The notes below the pieces were generated by a model. It had not been told where the DNA came from, did not search any database, and worked only from the letters and a program-made list of their open reading frames with translations. Below, in pieces: positions 32,155 to 42,744 of a stretch of 63,742 bases of DNA. Origin of the DNA: Thermodesulfobacteriota bacterium (GTDB lineage Bacteria > Desulfobacterota > Desulfobacteria > Desulfobacterales > C00003060); NCBI GenBank assembly GCA_034189385.1, contig JAXHVD010000024.1, positions 1-63,742 on the forward strand. The letters are read 5' to 3'. Both the position numbers and the translations under genes were made by a program. Numbering within the stretch: the first letter of the stretch is position 1; each line of letters begins with the position of its first letter.

Positions 32155-32757
32155 TTACCCTCCTGAGGCATCCCCCCAGCTACCGTCAGCGGGGAACCAC
32201 TTTCTGGAAAAGACAACCCCATTGGTCCTTGTGCCCACTGCATAGGTGTGCCGCTGGGCCACGGCCTTGGTTCTGTGGTTCTCCAGATACACATAGCCGG
32301 CATTGCACATACCCCTGGAATCGAATACCACGACATTGGCGGTGTAACTTATGTCATTTGCTGGGAAGGCACCCCCGGCGGCACTGGCATTGGTGGTGGC
32401 ATGCCCGTGGCCATAGTCGATCTCGCTGCTATACGCGACTAATCGCGCCTCTTTTACCTGGGTGTCGTTACCGCCCATCTGGGCCGGCCCATCCCAGCCA
32501 TCTCCGCCATCATCTGAACAGATAAAATACCTTCCAGGGGTAACACTGTTGTCAAAGACCATGGCCCAATTGGCGTTAGCCTTTATGGCGCCCAGCTTTG
32601 TGTGTTGCATGTTGGAATACAGATCCCTCGCGGCCCTCATCAGCCTTTGATGGTGTTGCCACTCCATGAAACTGGGGCTGGCAACATTGACCAAAATCGC
32701 AAGCAAGGCGATGGCCACCATCAATTCCACGATTGTCAATCCCGAATCTCTGCGCAT
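32155..32757 (-). CDS. FimT/FimU (GspH-like) minor pilin
   Basis: SG-LTIVELMVAIALLAIL; RLMRAARDLYSNMQHTKLGAIK; VFDSRG. Confidence 0.85.
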   Translation of the reverse strand: MRRDSGLTIVELMVAIALLAILVNVASPSFMEWQHHQRLMRAARDLYSNMQHTKLGAIKANANWAMVFDNSVTPGRYFICSDDGGDGWDGPAQMGGNDTQVKEARLVAYSSEIDYGHGHATTNASAAGGAFPANDISYTANVVVFDSRGMCNAGYVYLENHRTKAVAQRHTYAVGTRTNGVVFSRKWFPADGSWGDASGG

Positions 32758-32793
32758 AGTCCATATATCCTTGTCTTATCGCTAGCTTTTAGC

Positions 32794-32809
32794 AGCAAGT
32801 TTTGTGCCA
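32794..32809 (-). promoter_or_regulatory. Sigma54 (-24/-12) promoter of the minor pilin operon
   Basis: TGGCACAAAACTTGCT matches TGGCAC-N5-TTGC, about 37 nt upstream of the fimT ATG. Confidence 0.8.
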
Positions 32810-33549
32810 TGCTGTCCGTGCGTGACCCGAGGGCACAGTGGGGTGAGAAAAGGCTGGGTGAGAAAAGGCTGGAGCCTCCTGGGTCTTGTCTATATCTTAT
32901 TGTAATAATTAGAAAACATAATCGGTTGGACGGATGATGACCAGAAAGGCAGGCCTTGCACGTAAGACCCCACGACCAGGGTGTGCCAATGATTCACAAG
33001 GCCTTGTATAAAATAATTTTATAGTACCATGAAAAAAATTGACACTTGATCGTCAACCGCCGTCTTCTGGTCCGGCCAGGGTGGAACCCTTTGGGCCTGG
33101 AGGGACCAGATCAGGAGCTTATGAATGGTGGAAATTCCATGGAGGAAGCCTTGTGACGCTGGCGCACCTGGTCGGGGTATGCTAGGTATGCCGCCGACAG
33201 CCCGTTGTTTACCAGCGCTGTTCTTTGCTGGAGGTCTGTGGAAGCGTCTGGGCTGGGTTGGGGAGGGTAATCTGAATATACACGGAAGGGATCTGGAAAG
33301 AGAGAAGACCACTTTGGGAAAGGCCCTTCATACCAAAGGGTTGGATTTCAGTGCCGCCTCTATGGCCGTAACCGACCTGCATAGCCTTCTTAAAAGACAT
33401 CCTCAGGGTCATCCGTCGTGAGAGCGTTCAAGCCCTAGAAGGGCTCCTTAAGGATTCAGGGTATGCTACTCAAACCCAATCATTCTTTTTTTTACAAAGA
33501 GGCCGCTCATGCCTTGGCTTGTATTGTCGTCCATGGCAATGGGAAACCA

Positions 33550-34113
33550 TCAGAGTTGAACCAGCTTCACGGTTATCTCTTTGAAGTCTTGCGGCATCTC
33601 AAAGGTGATCCTCTTTGTCCGATATCCTGGAGCCGACACTTCCAGAAGGTATTCTCCAGGTTTAAGCTCCATGCCTTGGATGAACTTGGGCTCTATGTTA
33701 AGGATCTTAATGTCGGCGTTCTGGGGTTCCGTGTTGACAAAAAGTCTGGTCCTCACAAACCACCACTTAGGTGTTTTTCCCGCATTGTAGGCCTTGACAA
33801 ACGACTCAAGGTCCTTGAGGCTAGCCTTAACTTCCCTTCTTGTATCACGTAACGCGTCCAATCTATCAAACTCTGACTGGGCTTTCCTTCTCTGAGTCTG
33901 CAAGTCTTCAGTGCAACCTTTTGATGCCTGGCCAACCCGTGCTTCTTGAGAAATCAGGGTCTTTTTTACGTCCCGTAGTCTCTGCAGGAGGTCTTTCTTC
34001 TTCTCAAGGATGTCGATCTTCAATTCCTCAGAGAACAGGTCAAAGGCCTCTGATAAACATGGCACGGCCAGGGTGAGCATGATCCAAACACATGGGGCCA
34101 ATAGTCTTCTCAT
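33550..34113 (-). CDS. Secreted coiled-coil protein with a C-terminal PEGA-like domain
   Basis: Signal peptide; RBS AGGAG; RLFVNTEPQNADIKI...LKPGEYLLEVSAPGY. Confidence 0.7.
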   Translation of the reverse strand: MRRLLAPCVWIMLTLAVPCLSEAFDLFSEELKIDILEKKKDLLQRLRDVKKTLISQEARVGQASKGCTEDLQTQRRKAQSEFDRLDALRDTRREVKASLKDLESFVKAYNAGKTPKWWFVRTRLFVNTEPQNADIKILNIEPKFIQGMELKPGEYLLEVSAPGYRTKRITFEMPQDFKEITVKLVQL

Positions 34114-34278
34114 GACTCCTTCTCCTGTTTCCCATCTATTTAAATAAAGATATCACCTTTCGGCTGACAATAACAGACGCTTTGATTAGCGACACATGGA
34201 TTCAACAAAGCCTGTGGCCAGCGATCTGTGTCCCTTGTGCGATAGGCGGCGCTTTTGCCCTGTTCAAGGGTTAGGGGT

Positions 34279-36489
34279 TCAGAGAGGTATGCGTGCCATC
34301 CATGGCCATTCATAAAGGGCACGGTCTTTCGTGAGCAGCATCAACACCCCTGGCAGGACCTTAGATCCCACCACATGCAGGGTGACCTCTCTGGTAGTAT
34401 CTCCACTGGAGGTGTTGCTAAAATAGACAGTAGCGCTATAGGTGCCCGTCTCAAGGCTATTGGCACGGTTGTCAATGGAGACGGTCACCATGATGCTTTC
34501 ACCAGGATTCAAGGTGCCGCTGGACGGCGAAGACAGGGTCAGCCAATCTTTTTCCTCGGTGACTTCCCAGCCGAGGGGGGTGTCCGTCGTGTTCTGGAGG
34601 ACATATCTCTTGCTCGATGGCGAAAAGGCGCCGCTTTTGGAACCTGAAGAGCTTAATCCTGTAGCAGGAGTTACAACAAAATCGTCATAGAAAAGGGCCC
34701 CATCGGCCATGACAATTCCTGCTCCTGAATCGCGATCCCAACCCGAGTCTTCAATATCCAGGGCTGAGCCAGTGAGGGCCGCACGGACCTTAGCAGGGGT
34801 AAGAGCAGGCTTTTTAGAAAGCAGCAGTGCTGCAACAGCTGCTGCATGGGGGGCCGATGCCGAGGTGCCGTAAAAGGGGTTGAACCAAGACGTGGCCGTG
34901 GCCACGCCATCGGCTGCGGTCAGGTCTGGCTTTAACCGGACCTCGCCGCCGGTGGAAGAGACGTCTCCAGGGGTGATGGCTGTCCCGTCCGGGTCATAGA
35001 AGACCCGGCGCGGCCCGTCACTGGAAAAGGTCTCTACAGATTCGGTTCCGTCAAAGGCGGTGGTTCTGCCTTGAGCATCCACGGCTGCCACTGCAAAGGC
35101 CTGGGCGGCAGCTTGGTGGCCTTTGATTTGACCTGCCGTGCCATGTTCCAGCCGGCCCCGGTAGGTGTTAAGGTGGATGAATCGATCATTGTCTCCCTCG
35201 GGCATGGTGATGACAAGGAGAGTGTCTGTATCATTGCGATCCCCGCTGCCGATGAACTCATAGGGGTCTTGAGTACCATTTTGAACATTGTTTGAAACAG
35301 CCCGTATCTCGTCACCACCTGGACTCAGCAAATAGAGGTCATAGTCCTTTGTCGAGGCCCCCAAAGGATCTGCCCAAAAGAGACCAATGCCAAAGGGCGG
35401 ATCGGTAGTCAGCCTGTTGGTCGCATCGCCTCCCCCAAAATCGTGGACTGTCATACCAGCAAGAACACCGGGAAGAGAACCGTCTTCTATACCTTTAGAG
35501 TCTCCCTCCCACACACCGGATTGGCCATCGTTCAGGTTCCCAGAGTTTCCGGCAGAGGAGAAATACAAGGCACCGTTATCAGTGACGCTATTGACGGCCC
35601 GAGAAATGACATCGTCTTGAAAGGGCGATTCATTAAAATAGCCCACATCGTCCACAATGACATGGCAACCTGCCGCTCCCAAGGCCTCGATGTTGGCTGC
35701 AAAGCCTGCGGGCCCCTTCCAGGCCGTGGCAAAATAGAGCTCCGCCCCTGGGGCCAGATCATGGACAATTTCCAGCATGGCCGTCCCCTCACCAGTAAGC
35801 CCAGGGGAATCTTCCAGCACAGTCACGTCTGGCAAATCCCACGTCGCCTGAACAGTGGCCAGATAATCCACAGAGTCGGAGAGGACCCCGATTTTCACCC
35901 CTGAGCCGTTCACACCAAAGCTGTCCCTGGCTAGGGCCGCACTGTGGGCCACATTCCCCTCTGAGGTATTGACCTTGTTTGTGAAGGCCCTGGTTGCCGG
36001 TTCGATGAACCGGATATCCTCATGGCCTGCCAGGGGCTCTATCTTTTCCAGAGGCATGCGGGCCCGTATGGCCTCGTACTGCTCAAAACTGTTGATGACC
36101 GTGCCCCCTAATCGGTCTATTTCCTCCAGGAGGCCCGGCGTCACCCTGGCCTTAATGTCCACAAGGACGGTGCGGTCCAAGGCAATGTCAAGGGTGGATC
36201 TCAGCGAGGGGACCCTTTCCACAAGGGGGGCCCGCTTTAACACCTTGTGTCCATAGATGAGCCTGGAGTCCAGTTTCTTCTGGGCAGGGGTTCGCCATGC
36301 CTTTTCTTCCCGCAAGGCCTGAATCTGCCCCAATGCCTTTTCAGTCATTCTAAAGGGTCCTTTAGTGGCCTTCTGCGCAAAGGCCACACCTGTTGACAGG
36401 GGACTTGCTGCTGCCGAGAGGGCGACAAACCAACTTATGAGAAAAAATAGAAAAGGGGACTTCATGTATCTGCTCCGGACCCAGCCCAT
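34279..36489 (-). CDS. Secreted subtilase-like (S8/S53-like) serine peptidase with a C-terminal BACON-like domain
   Basis: GVKIGVLSDS, GEGTAMLEIVHDLAPGA (Glu where subtilisins have His), SSAGNSG, FSSDGP, KPDLTAADG, GTSASAPH; WLTLSSPSSGTLNPG. Confidence 0.85.
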   Translation of the reverse strand: MGWVRSRYMKSPFLFFLISWFVALSAAASPLSTGVAFAQKATKGPFRMTEKALGQIQALREEKAWRTPAQKKLDSRLIYGHKVLKRAPLVERVPSLRSTLDIALDRTVLVDIKARVTPGLLEEIDRLGGTVINSFEQYEAIRARMPLEKIEPLAGHEDIRFIEPATRAFTNKVNTSEGNVAHSAALARDSFGVNGSGVKIGVLSDSVDYLATVQATWDLPDVTVLEDSPGLTGEGTAMLEIVHDLAPGAELYFATAWKGPAGFAANIEALGAAGCHVIVDDVGYFNESPFQDDVISRAVNSVTDNGALYFSSAGNSGNLNDGQSGVWEGDSKGIEDGSLPGVLAGMTVHDFGGGDATNRLTTDPPFGIGLFWADPLGASTKDYDLYLLSPGGDEIRAVSNNVQNGTQDPYEFIGSGDRNDTDTLLVITMPEGDNDRFIHLNTYRGRLEHGTAGQIKGHQAAAQAFAVAAVDAQGRTTAFDGTESVETFSSDGPRRVFYDPDGTAITPGDVSSTGGEVRLKPDLTAADGVATATSWFNPFYGTSASAPHAAAVAALLLSKKPALTPAKVRAALTGSALDIEDSGWDRDSGAGIVMADGALFYDDFVVTPATGLSSSGSKSGAFSPSSKRYVLQNTTDTPLGWEVTEEKDWLTLSSPSSGTLNPGESIMVTVSIDNRANSLETGTYSATVYFSNTSSGDTTREVTLHVVGSKVLPGVLMLLTKDRALYEWPWMARIPL

Positions 36490-36635
36490 TTTATGAACAT
36501 GTCGCTCTTTGGAGTTGGGGCCTCATCCTATGCGACTTTCTTTTGAAAAGTAAAGGACGATGTGACTGTCCACCGTCATTGCCACCCACCATGCACAGCT
36601 ATTAGAGGCATTGGAGGCCGAAGAGAAGCGGATTG

Positions 36636-36837
36636 GCAACGTTCAAAAGTTGAGGCAAAGGCCTTCAGCAGGCAGTTAGAGGGATAGGGATGATCGCTGA
36701 ACGCAGGCATACAGCCATTGCCATCTACACAAATGGCATAGGCTACCTAAAGGCATTGGAGGCCGAAGAGAAGCGATTATCCCTATCCCGAAGTCGGTTG
36801 TCCAGAAATCCACTAAGTCAACACTTTTGAACATAAC
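36636..36837. mobile_element. Non-autonomous MITE-like element, family A
   Basis: Termini GCAACGTTCAAAAGT...ACTTTTGAACATAAC; closely matches the 38240-38580 copy (excluding its nested insert) in inverted orientation. Confidence 0.75.
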
Positions 36838-37241
36838 TAACAAATTTCCCTATCCCGAGGCTCCCGTTGCATAGAAAAGGTGCAAACCAGAACCCTGCCG
36901 CTTCCTCGAAGCCATTGCACATTTTTTCGTTATTTCATACGGTTGATAAGGTTGGGAAACCGGAGACCGTTATTTCTGGGGCATGACACTAGCCGGATTG
37001 GGTCTAGGTCAACAGATGGACGGGTGAGCAGATCCCCCACATAGTGGTAAGCCAGAGATTCTGCGTTTTTTCTCGCTCTTTGACATTGGCCTTGAAATTC
37101 TCACCATATGGTAATAAAGGCAACGGAGCCCTGCCGCCCTTCCAGATACGTCTTGTGTCATGGAAAGGTGAAGAGGCAATGTGTGCGTCTTCTCATTTTA
37201 GACGAGCCTCATGGCAGCAGCACATAGATTAAGGGGGGGCC

Positions 37242-37946
37242 ATGGCAAAGAAGAAACGTATTTCCAGAAAACAACTTCTAAAAGAACCAGACGAATTTCT
37301 CACGCTTTCAGCCAGGGCACTGCAGTTTGCCTCGGAGAACCGGAGACAGCTTTCCTATGTCGTGGTGGGATTGGTAGTCGTAGTCCTGGCCGGTGCCTTG
37401 ATCGGGTATTTTTTGAACCTTTCGCAACGCAGGGCCTACAGGGTGTTCGACGAAGGGCTTTCCCATTATATGGCTCAAGTCTCTGGGCAGGGATCGTCCC
37501 AAGTTCAGGAGATGGCCAAGGAGAAATTCGCCGAGGCGATCCAGAACCATTCATCCACCAGGGCTGGCGAGCTCAGCCTACCCTTGTATGGGAACCTGCA
37601 CTACGAGGCCGGCTCCTACGACAAGGCGATTGAACTCTACCGACAGGCACTGGATGCCTTTCCAGGGGAAGAGGACATGGAAAAGCTTATTTGGAACGGC
37701 TTGGGATATGCATACGAAGGCAAAGGGGACTATGTGGCTGCCGCCGAGTGGTTCAAGAAGATAGCTGACTCCGAAAGTGTATTCCTAAAGGCAGACGCCT
37801 ATTTCAACTTGGGAAGGATGTACGAGGCCATGGGCAAGGGGCAAAATGCCCGCGAGGCTTACCAACGTTTGGTAGAGGCCTTTCCGAATGCAGTTCACTT
37901 TCGGATCGCTAAGGAAAAGGCCCAGCGTCTCCAAGGGCAAAGCTGA
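37242..37946 (+). CDS. YfgM-like membrane-anchored TPR protein
   Basis: RKQLLKEPDEFLT N-terminus, a single TM helix, TPR repeats. Confidence 0.8.
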   Translation: MAKKKRISRKQLLKEPDEFLTLSARALQFASENRRQLSYVVVGLVVVVLAGALIGYFLNLSQRRAYRVFDEGLSHYMAQVSGQGSSQVQEMAKEKFAEAIQNHSSTRAGELSLPLYGNLHYEAGSYDKAIELYRQALDAFPGEEDMEKLIWNGLGYAYEGKGDYVAAAEWFKKIADSESVFLKADAYFNLGRMYEAMGKGQNAREAYQRLVEAFPNAVHFRIAKEKAQRLQGQS

Positions 37947-38032
37947 CTGCCCGTGGTTCTCATGGCAAGGCAAAGGCACAGGCGCAGATTTTTCTTGACA
38001 GGATGATGGAAATTGACTACAGGCTCAACACC

Positions 38033-38125
38033 ATGAAACGGCATAGTTTTTTTGCAGATTTCAGGAAGGCCTTTTTTGGCGAGGCCGGCTTCTTTTTTAG
38101 GAGGCCTGCCCATGGGTCTTCGTAG
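38033..38125 (+). CDS. Phe-rich leader peptide MKRHSFFADFRKAFFGEAGFFFRRPAHGSS
   Basis: 30 codons, 8 of them Phe in clusters; TTGACA at 37995; followed by alternative hairpins; upstream of paaK. Confidence 0.7.
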   Translation: MKRHSFFADFRKAFFGEAGFFFRRPAHGSS

Positions 38126-38238
38126 GTCTGCGGCCGGCTGACAGATACGAACCATGGGTAGGCGTTAAGGCGCCCCATGGTTTTTTGTGAATAAGAGAGG
38201 CCATGGAGCGAAGCCCCATGGCCTTTTCTAATTTTTTT
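38103..38238 (+). promoter_or_regulatory. Attenuator with mutually exclusive CCATGG-centred hairpins and U-tailed terminators
   Basis: gcctgcccatgggtcttcgta pairs with tacgaaccatgggtaggc; aaccatggg..ccccatggtttttt; aggccatgg..ccatggccttttc. Confidence 0.65.
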
Positions 38239-38239
38239 G

Positions 38240-38580
38240 GTAACGTTCAAAAGTGATGAAATCGTAAAAAGTCGAAAAACACCTGTTTCTGTCATTCCGG
38301 CGAAAGCCGGAATCCAGTAATGTCAAACAGTTAAAATGTTCCTGGACCCCGGTTTTCACCGGGGTGACGACTTTTTACGAGGCTATCAAAAGTGTTGACT
38401 TAGTGGATTTGTGGACAACCAGCTTCCAGATAGGGATAATCGCTTCTCTTCGGCATCCAATGCCTTTAGGTAGCCTATGTCATTGGTGTAGATGGCAATG
38501 GCTGTATGCCTGCGTTCAGCGATCATCCCTATCCCTCTGACTGCCTGATGAAGGCCTTTGCCTCAACTTTTGAACGTTAC
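38240..38580. mobile_element. MITE family A copy carrying a nested family B element (38255-38387)
   Basis: Perfect termini GTAACGTTCAAAAGT/ACTTTTGAACGTTAC. Inner element GATGAAATCGTAAAAAGTCG...CGACTTTTTACGAGGCTATC is flanked by an AAAAGT duplication. Confidence 0.8.
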
Positions 38581-38635
38581 CAATTTTTTGGCATTTAGCG
38601 GGACAATGTGAAGTTCTTACAAAGGAGGAAAGGGT

Positions 38636-39937
38636 ATGATCTATGACGAGGAGTTTGAGACCTTGCCGCGGGAGGCCCTTGAAGCGATTCAGCTGAAGAG
38701 ACTTCAGGCCCTTGCAGAACGGGTCTATGCCACAGTTCCTTTTTACAAGAAGGCCTTTGACGACAAAGGGGTCAAACCGGACCATATCAAGTCACTTGAA
38801 GACTTGCGAAGGCTTCCGTTTACCATGAAACAGGATTTGCGCGACAACTATCCCTTTGGCATGTTTGCCACCCCCATGGAAAACGTGGTCCGCATCCACG
38901 CCTCCTCAGGGACGACGGGAAAGCCGACCGTGGTGGGATACACCCGCCGGGATATTCGTACTTGGGCAGAGCTCATGGCACGCACTCTGGCGGCGGCAGG
39001 CACACACAAAGGCGACATTGTGCATAACGCTTACGGTTATGGCCTCTTTACCGGCGGTCTGGGGTTTCACTATGGCGCTGAGCGACTGGGGGCGTCTGTG
39101 ATCCCCGTCTCTGGAGGCAACACAAAGCGGCAGATTCTGCTCATGAAGGACTTTGGACCTACGGTCCTTACCTGCACGCCCTCCTATGCCCTTCACCTGG
39201 CAGACGTGGCGGCCGATGAAGGCGTTGATTTCAGGTCCCTGAAGTTCCGGGTCGGTGTCTGCGGTGCAGAGCCCTGGACCGAGAACATGCGGAAAGAGAT
39301 AGAAAACCAGCTCGGCATGGACGCTGTAGACATCTACGGCCTGAGCGAGATCATGGGGCCTGGCGTATCAGTGGAATGTGTAGAAGCCAAAAACGGCCTC
39401 CATGTCTTTGAAGATCATTTTATTCCAGAGATCATAGACCCTCACACAGGGGAACCCCTTCCATATGGAGAGACAGGGGAGCTGGTCTTTACCACCCTCA
39501 CTAAAGAGGCCTTTCCTCTCATTCGATACCGCACGCGGGACCTTTCCGTACTGCATCGGGAGCCCTGCAAGTGCGGCAGGAATCTGGCCCGCATGGGACG
39601 GATCACAGGGCGCTCTGATGACATGCTCATTATTCGGGGGGTCAATGTCTTTCCATCCCAGATCGAAAGCGTTCTCATGGCCAGAGATGACGTGGCGCCC
39701 CACTACGTGTTGATGGTCGATCGCAAAGACCGGATGGACACGCTGGAGGTGAGGATCGAAGTAGACGAAGGGGTCTTTTCCGATGCCGTCAAGGATCTTC
39801 AGAAGGTAGAAGATGAGATTGAAAAGGATATCAAGGATTTGCTCGGGGTGTCCTGCAAGGTGAGCCTTGCAGAACCAAAGACCATCCAGCGGAGTCAGGG
39901 CAAGGCCCAACGGGTCATAGACAACCGAAAATCGTAG
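38636..39937 (+). CDS. paaK: Phenylacetate-CoA ligase
   Basis: [71 protein letters not shown]. Confidence 0.93.
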   Translation: MIYDEEFETLPREALEAIQLKRLQALAERVYATVPFYKKAFDDKGVKPDHIKSLEDLRRLPFTMKQDLRDNYPFGMFATPMENVVRIHASSGTTGKPTVVGYTRRDIRTWAELMARTLAAAGTHKGDIVHNAYGYGLFTGGLGFHYGAERLGASVIPVSGGNTKRQILLMKDFGPTVLTCTPSYALHLADVAADEGVDFRSLKFRVGVCGAEPWTENMRKEIENQLGMDAVDIYGLSEIMGPGVSVECVEAKNGLHVFEDHFIPEIIDPHTGEPLPYGETGELVFTTLTKEAFPLIRYRTRDLSVLHREPCKCGRNLARMGRITGRSDDMLIIRGVNVFPSQIESVLMARDDVAPHYVLMVDRKDRMDTLEVRIEVDEGVFSDAVKDLQKVEDEIEKDIKDLLGVSCKVSLAEPKTIQRSQGKAQRVIDNRKS

Positions 39938-39939
39938 AA

Positions 39940-40027
39940 GTTACCTGTTCACCGTCGCCCGTTATCCGTTCACGGTTCACCGAAGGGGTAAGAGACAACG
40001 GTCAACGAATAACGGTGAACGTTTAAC
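39940..40027. repeat. Heptamer-repeat palindrome
   Basis: gttcacc/gttatcc/gttcacg ... acggtca/acgaata/acggtga. Confidence 0.7.
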
Positions 40028-40049
40028 TGAGATTTTAGCAAAGGAGGGT

Positions 40050-40484
40050 GTGATGCGGGTAGAACAAATATCCATATTTTTGGAGAACAAGGCAGGAAGA
40101 CTCGCCGAGGTCACCAGGGTGCTGTCAGAGACCGGGGTGAATATCCGGGCCCTTTCCCTGGCCGATACATCTGATTTCGGCATCTTGCGGCTCATCGTGG
40201 ATGACAATGAAAAGGCCAAGAAGGCCTTGAAGGAACACGGTTTCACGGTGGGAAAGACAGACGTGGTGGCAGTGGAAGTGGAGGACAGACCAGGGGGGTT
40301 GAGCCAAATCTTGGATGTCCTGAGCAAGAAGAGCATCAATGTGGAATACATGTACGCCTTTGTTCAGCACAGCGGCAAAGACGCTGTCATTATCTTCCGC
40401 TTTGATGATATTGACGCGGCAGTGAAGCTCCTTCAGGAGAATAACGTGAGAGTCCTTGAAGGCAAAACCGTTTACACGCTGTAG
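40050..40484 (+). CDS. Double ACT-domain protein
   Basis: [56 protein letters not shown]. Confidence 0.92.
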   Translation: MMRVEQISIFLENKAGRLAEVTRVLSETGVNIRALSLADTSDFGILRLIVDDNEKAKKALKEHGFTVGKTDVVAVEVEDRPGGLSQILDVLSKKSINVEYMYAFVQHSGKDAVIIFRFDDIDAAVKLLQENNVRVLEGKTVYTL

Positions 40485-40533
40485 GGGCCCCTGGAGGCCA
40501 CCAACACAATCCCTTAAAAGGAGGAGACAGACA

Positions 40534-41724
40534 ATGAGGACAAAGTGCAGCATTGGCAGGGGGGCGGCTTTTCTGGTAGCCGCAGTGCTTTTCGCGGTTT
40601 TCCTCGTGACGCCGGTGATGGAGGTTGAGGCCGCTGACCCTTACAAGGTGGGGGCCGTCTTCTCGGTCACGGGCCGGGCCTCTTTTCTGGGTGACCCTGA
40701 AAAAAAGACTGCCGTCATGCTTCAAGAAGAGATCAACAAAAAGGGCGGGATCAACGGCCATCCTTTGGAACTGATCGTCTATGACGACGAGGGAGATGCT
40801 ACCAAGTGTGCCCTGGCCGTAAGAAAGCTCATTACTCAGGACAAGGTCTGTGCCTTTATTGGACCTTCCTTGAGCGGGCTTTCCCTTGCAGTGCTCCCAG
40901 AGGCAGAAAAGCACAAGATACCCATGGTCTCCTGTGCGGCAAGCTACAAGATTGTGACCAAGGACCCTGAGACAGGCGAACAGTGGAAGTGGGTATTCAA
41001 GACCCCGCAGTCCGACAGCATGGCGGTGGAGGCGATTTACACCCACATGAAGAAGAACGGCATCTCCAAGATCGCCGTCCTGTCTGTGACCTCAGGTTTT
41101 GGTGCCAGCGGCAGGAGCGAGTTGCTGCGCCTTGCCCCGGACTTTGGGATGACCATTTTGGCTGATGAAAAATATGGTCCCAAGGACACGGACATGACGG
41201 CCCAGCTGACTAAGATCAAGGGGCTGGCTCCTCAGGCCATCGTGAACTGGTCTATCGGCCCCACCCAGGTCGTTGTCGTGAGAAATTGGAAAGAGTTGGG
41301 TATGACCAAGACCCCTTTCTACCAGAGCCACGGTTTTGGAAGCCGCAAGAACATTGAGCTCGCTGCCGGTGCAGCAGAAGGCGTGTTTTGTCCATTGGGG
41401 GCGTGTAACATTGCCGAAATCCTTCCGGCAGATGCCCCCCAGAAAAAGGTGACCATGGAATACCTCAAGGCCTATAAGGCCAAGTACAATGAGGGCCTGT
41501 CCTCCTTTGGAGGCCATGCCTGGGACGCCCTGTCCATCGTGGCCAAGGCCCTGGAGGCCGTGGGACCGGACAAGGCCAAGATCAGGGATTATGTGGAGAC
41601 CCTCACGGGTTTTGTGGGACAACACGGTGTATTCAACTTTTCGGCGAAAGATCACAATGGGCTGACCAAAGAGGCCTTTAACATGGTAGTAGTAAAAGAG
41701 GGAGATTGGGCATTGGCCCATTAA
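40534..41724 (+). CDS. Liv-type ABC transporter substrate-binding protein
   Basis: RBS GGAGGAG; signal peptide; EEINKKGGINGHPLELIVYDD, DMTAQLTKIK, GHAWDA. Confidence 0.9.
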   Translation: MRTKCSIGRGAAFLVAAVLFAVFLVTPVMEVEAADPYKVGAVFSVTGRASFLGDPEKKTAVMLQEEINKKGGINGHPLELIVYDDEGDATKCALAVRKLITQDKVCAFIGPSLSGLSLAVLPEAEKHKIPMVSCAASYKIVTKDPETGEQWKWVFKTPQSDSMAVEAIYTHMKKNGISKIAVLSVTSGFGASGRSELLRLAPDFGMTILADEKYGPKDTDMTAQLTKIKGLAPQAIVNWSIGPTQVVVVRNWKELGMTKTPFYQSHGFGSRKNIELAAGAAEGVFCPLGACNIAEILPADAPQKKVTMEYLKAYKAKYNEGLSSFGGHAWDALSIVAKALEAVGPDKAKIRDYVETLTGFVGQHGVFNFSAKDHNGLTKEAFNMVVVKEGDWALAH

Positions 41725-41802
41725 GCCAGGCTTAACCGGTTCGGTCCCTTTGGCTGCCCGACATGGCCAAGGGGGCCGACCGGCACGACCGGCTCAGGAC
41801 CT

Positions 41803-42705
41803 ATGGAAGAGATCTCCTTCGCAAGTCAGCTTCTTCAGTACACCATTACCGGTGTCACCATTGGAAGCGTCTATGCCATGGTGGCCATCGGGTTCAACAT
41901 CATCTACAATGTGACTGAGGCCATCAACTTCGCCCAAGGCGAGTTTGTCGTGCTGGGCGGTCTGGTGATGGTCTTTTTTCGCGTGGCCTTAAACCTGCCG
42001 GTGGTGGTGTCCCTTCCGCTTACGATCCTAGTGGTGACAGCCGCGGGCATTCTCCTGGATCGATTGGCCATCAGGCCCATTCGCGAGCCGTCGGTTCTGG
42101 CCATGGTCATTGCCACCATCGGGGCAGCCTTCTTCATCAAGGGCGCGGCCATGTTCATCTGGGGGAAGAACCCCTTTGACTTGCCCCCCTTTTCCGGCCG
42201 CAATCCCATTTCTTTCCTCGGCGCCGTGGTGCAGCCTCAGGGCTTGTGGGTCGTGGCCTTTCTGGCCGTGGTGGTGGTTTTACTCACCCTGTTTTTTGAT
42301 CGGACCATGATGGGAAAGGCCTTGCGGGCCTGCGCGGTAAATGCCAACGCATCGAGCCTCGTGGGGATCAATGTGAGGCACATGATCCTGGTCTCCTTTG
42401 CCATGAGCGCCGCCATCGGTGCCCTCGGTGGCATTGTGATCACACCCATTTCCTTGATGGAATACGATCGAGGGGCCATGCTGGCCGTGAAGGGGTTCTC
42501 GGCCTGTGTGTTGGGAGGGATGGGGAGTTTCTCTGGCGCGGTGCTAGGCGGCCTCATGATCGGCCTCATTGAGTCCCTTGGGGCAGGTCTTGTCTCTTCT
42601 GGATACAAAGACGTCTTTGCCCTCATGCTTTTGCTCCTGGTGCTCTTTGCCAGACCCAGTGGCCTGCTCGGGAGTGTGGAAGTGAATAAGATAAAGAAGT
42701 TTTAG
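41803..42705 (+). CDS. Liv-type ABC permease (LivH-like)
   Basis: GSVYAMVAIGFNIIY...INFAQGE, GKALRACA, VLGGMGS..GA. Confidence 0.9.
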   Translation: MEEISFASQLLQYTITGVTIGSVYAMVAIGFNIIYNVTEAINFAQGEFVVLGGLVMVFFRVALNLPVVVSLPLTILVVTAAGILLDRLAIRPIREPSVLAMVIATIGAAFFIKGAAMFIWGKNPFDLPPFSGRNPISFLGAVVQPQGLWVVAFLAVVVVLLTLFFDRTMMGKALRACAVNANASSLVGINVRHMILVSFAMSAAIGALGGIVITPISLMEYDRGAMLAVKGFSACVLGGMGSFSGAVLGGLMIGLIESLGAGLVSSGYKDVFALMLLLLVLFARPSGLLGSVEVNKIKKF

Positions 42706-42744
42706 GCCTTATTGGCCGGTGTCTCAAGAATCCGGTTGCGTGAC

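Noticed and set aside
32940..33540. Short ORFs upstream of fimT
   Set aside because: No RBS or motif support in any frame; probably regulatory or decayed sequence.
34279..34360. Subtilase tail VLPGVLMLLTKD as a C-terminal sorting signal
   Set aside because: Suggestive, but a single instance followed by extra residues; cannot be supported from this window alone.
36600..36840. Repeated aggcattggaggccgaagagaagcg as a possible CRISPR array
   Set aside because: Only two copies about 145 bp apart, part of a dispersed MITE; no regular spacers and no cas genes.
38038..38057. GGCATAG...TTGC as a sigma54 promoter
   Set aside because: GG-to-GC spacing is 12 nt rather than 10, and the sequence is better explained as leader-peptide codons.
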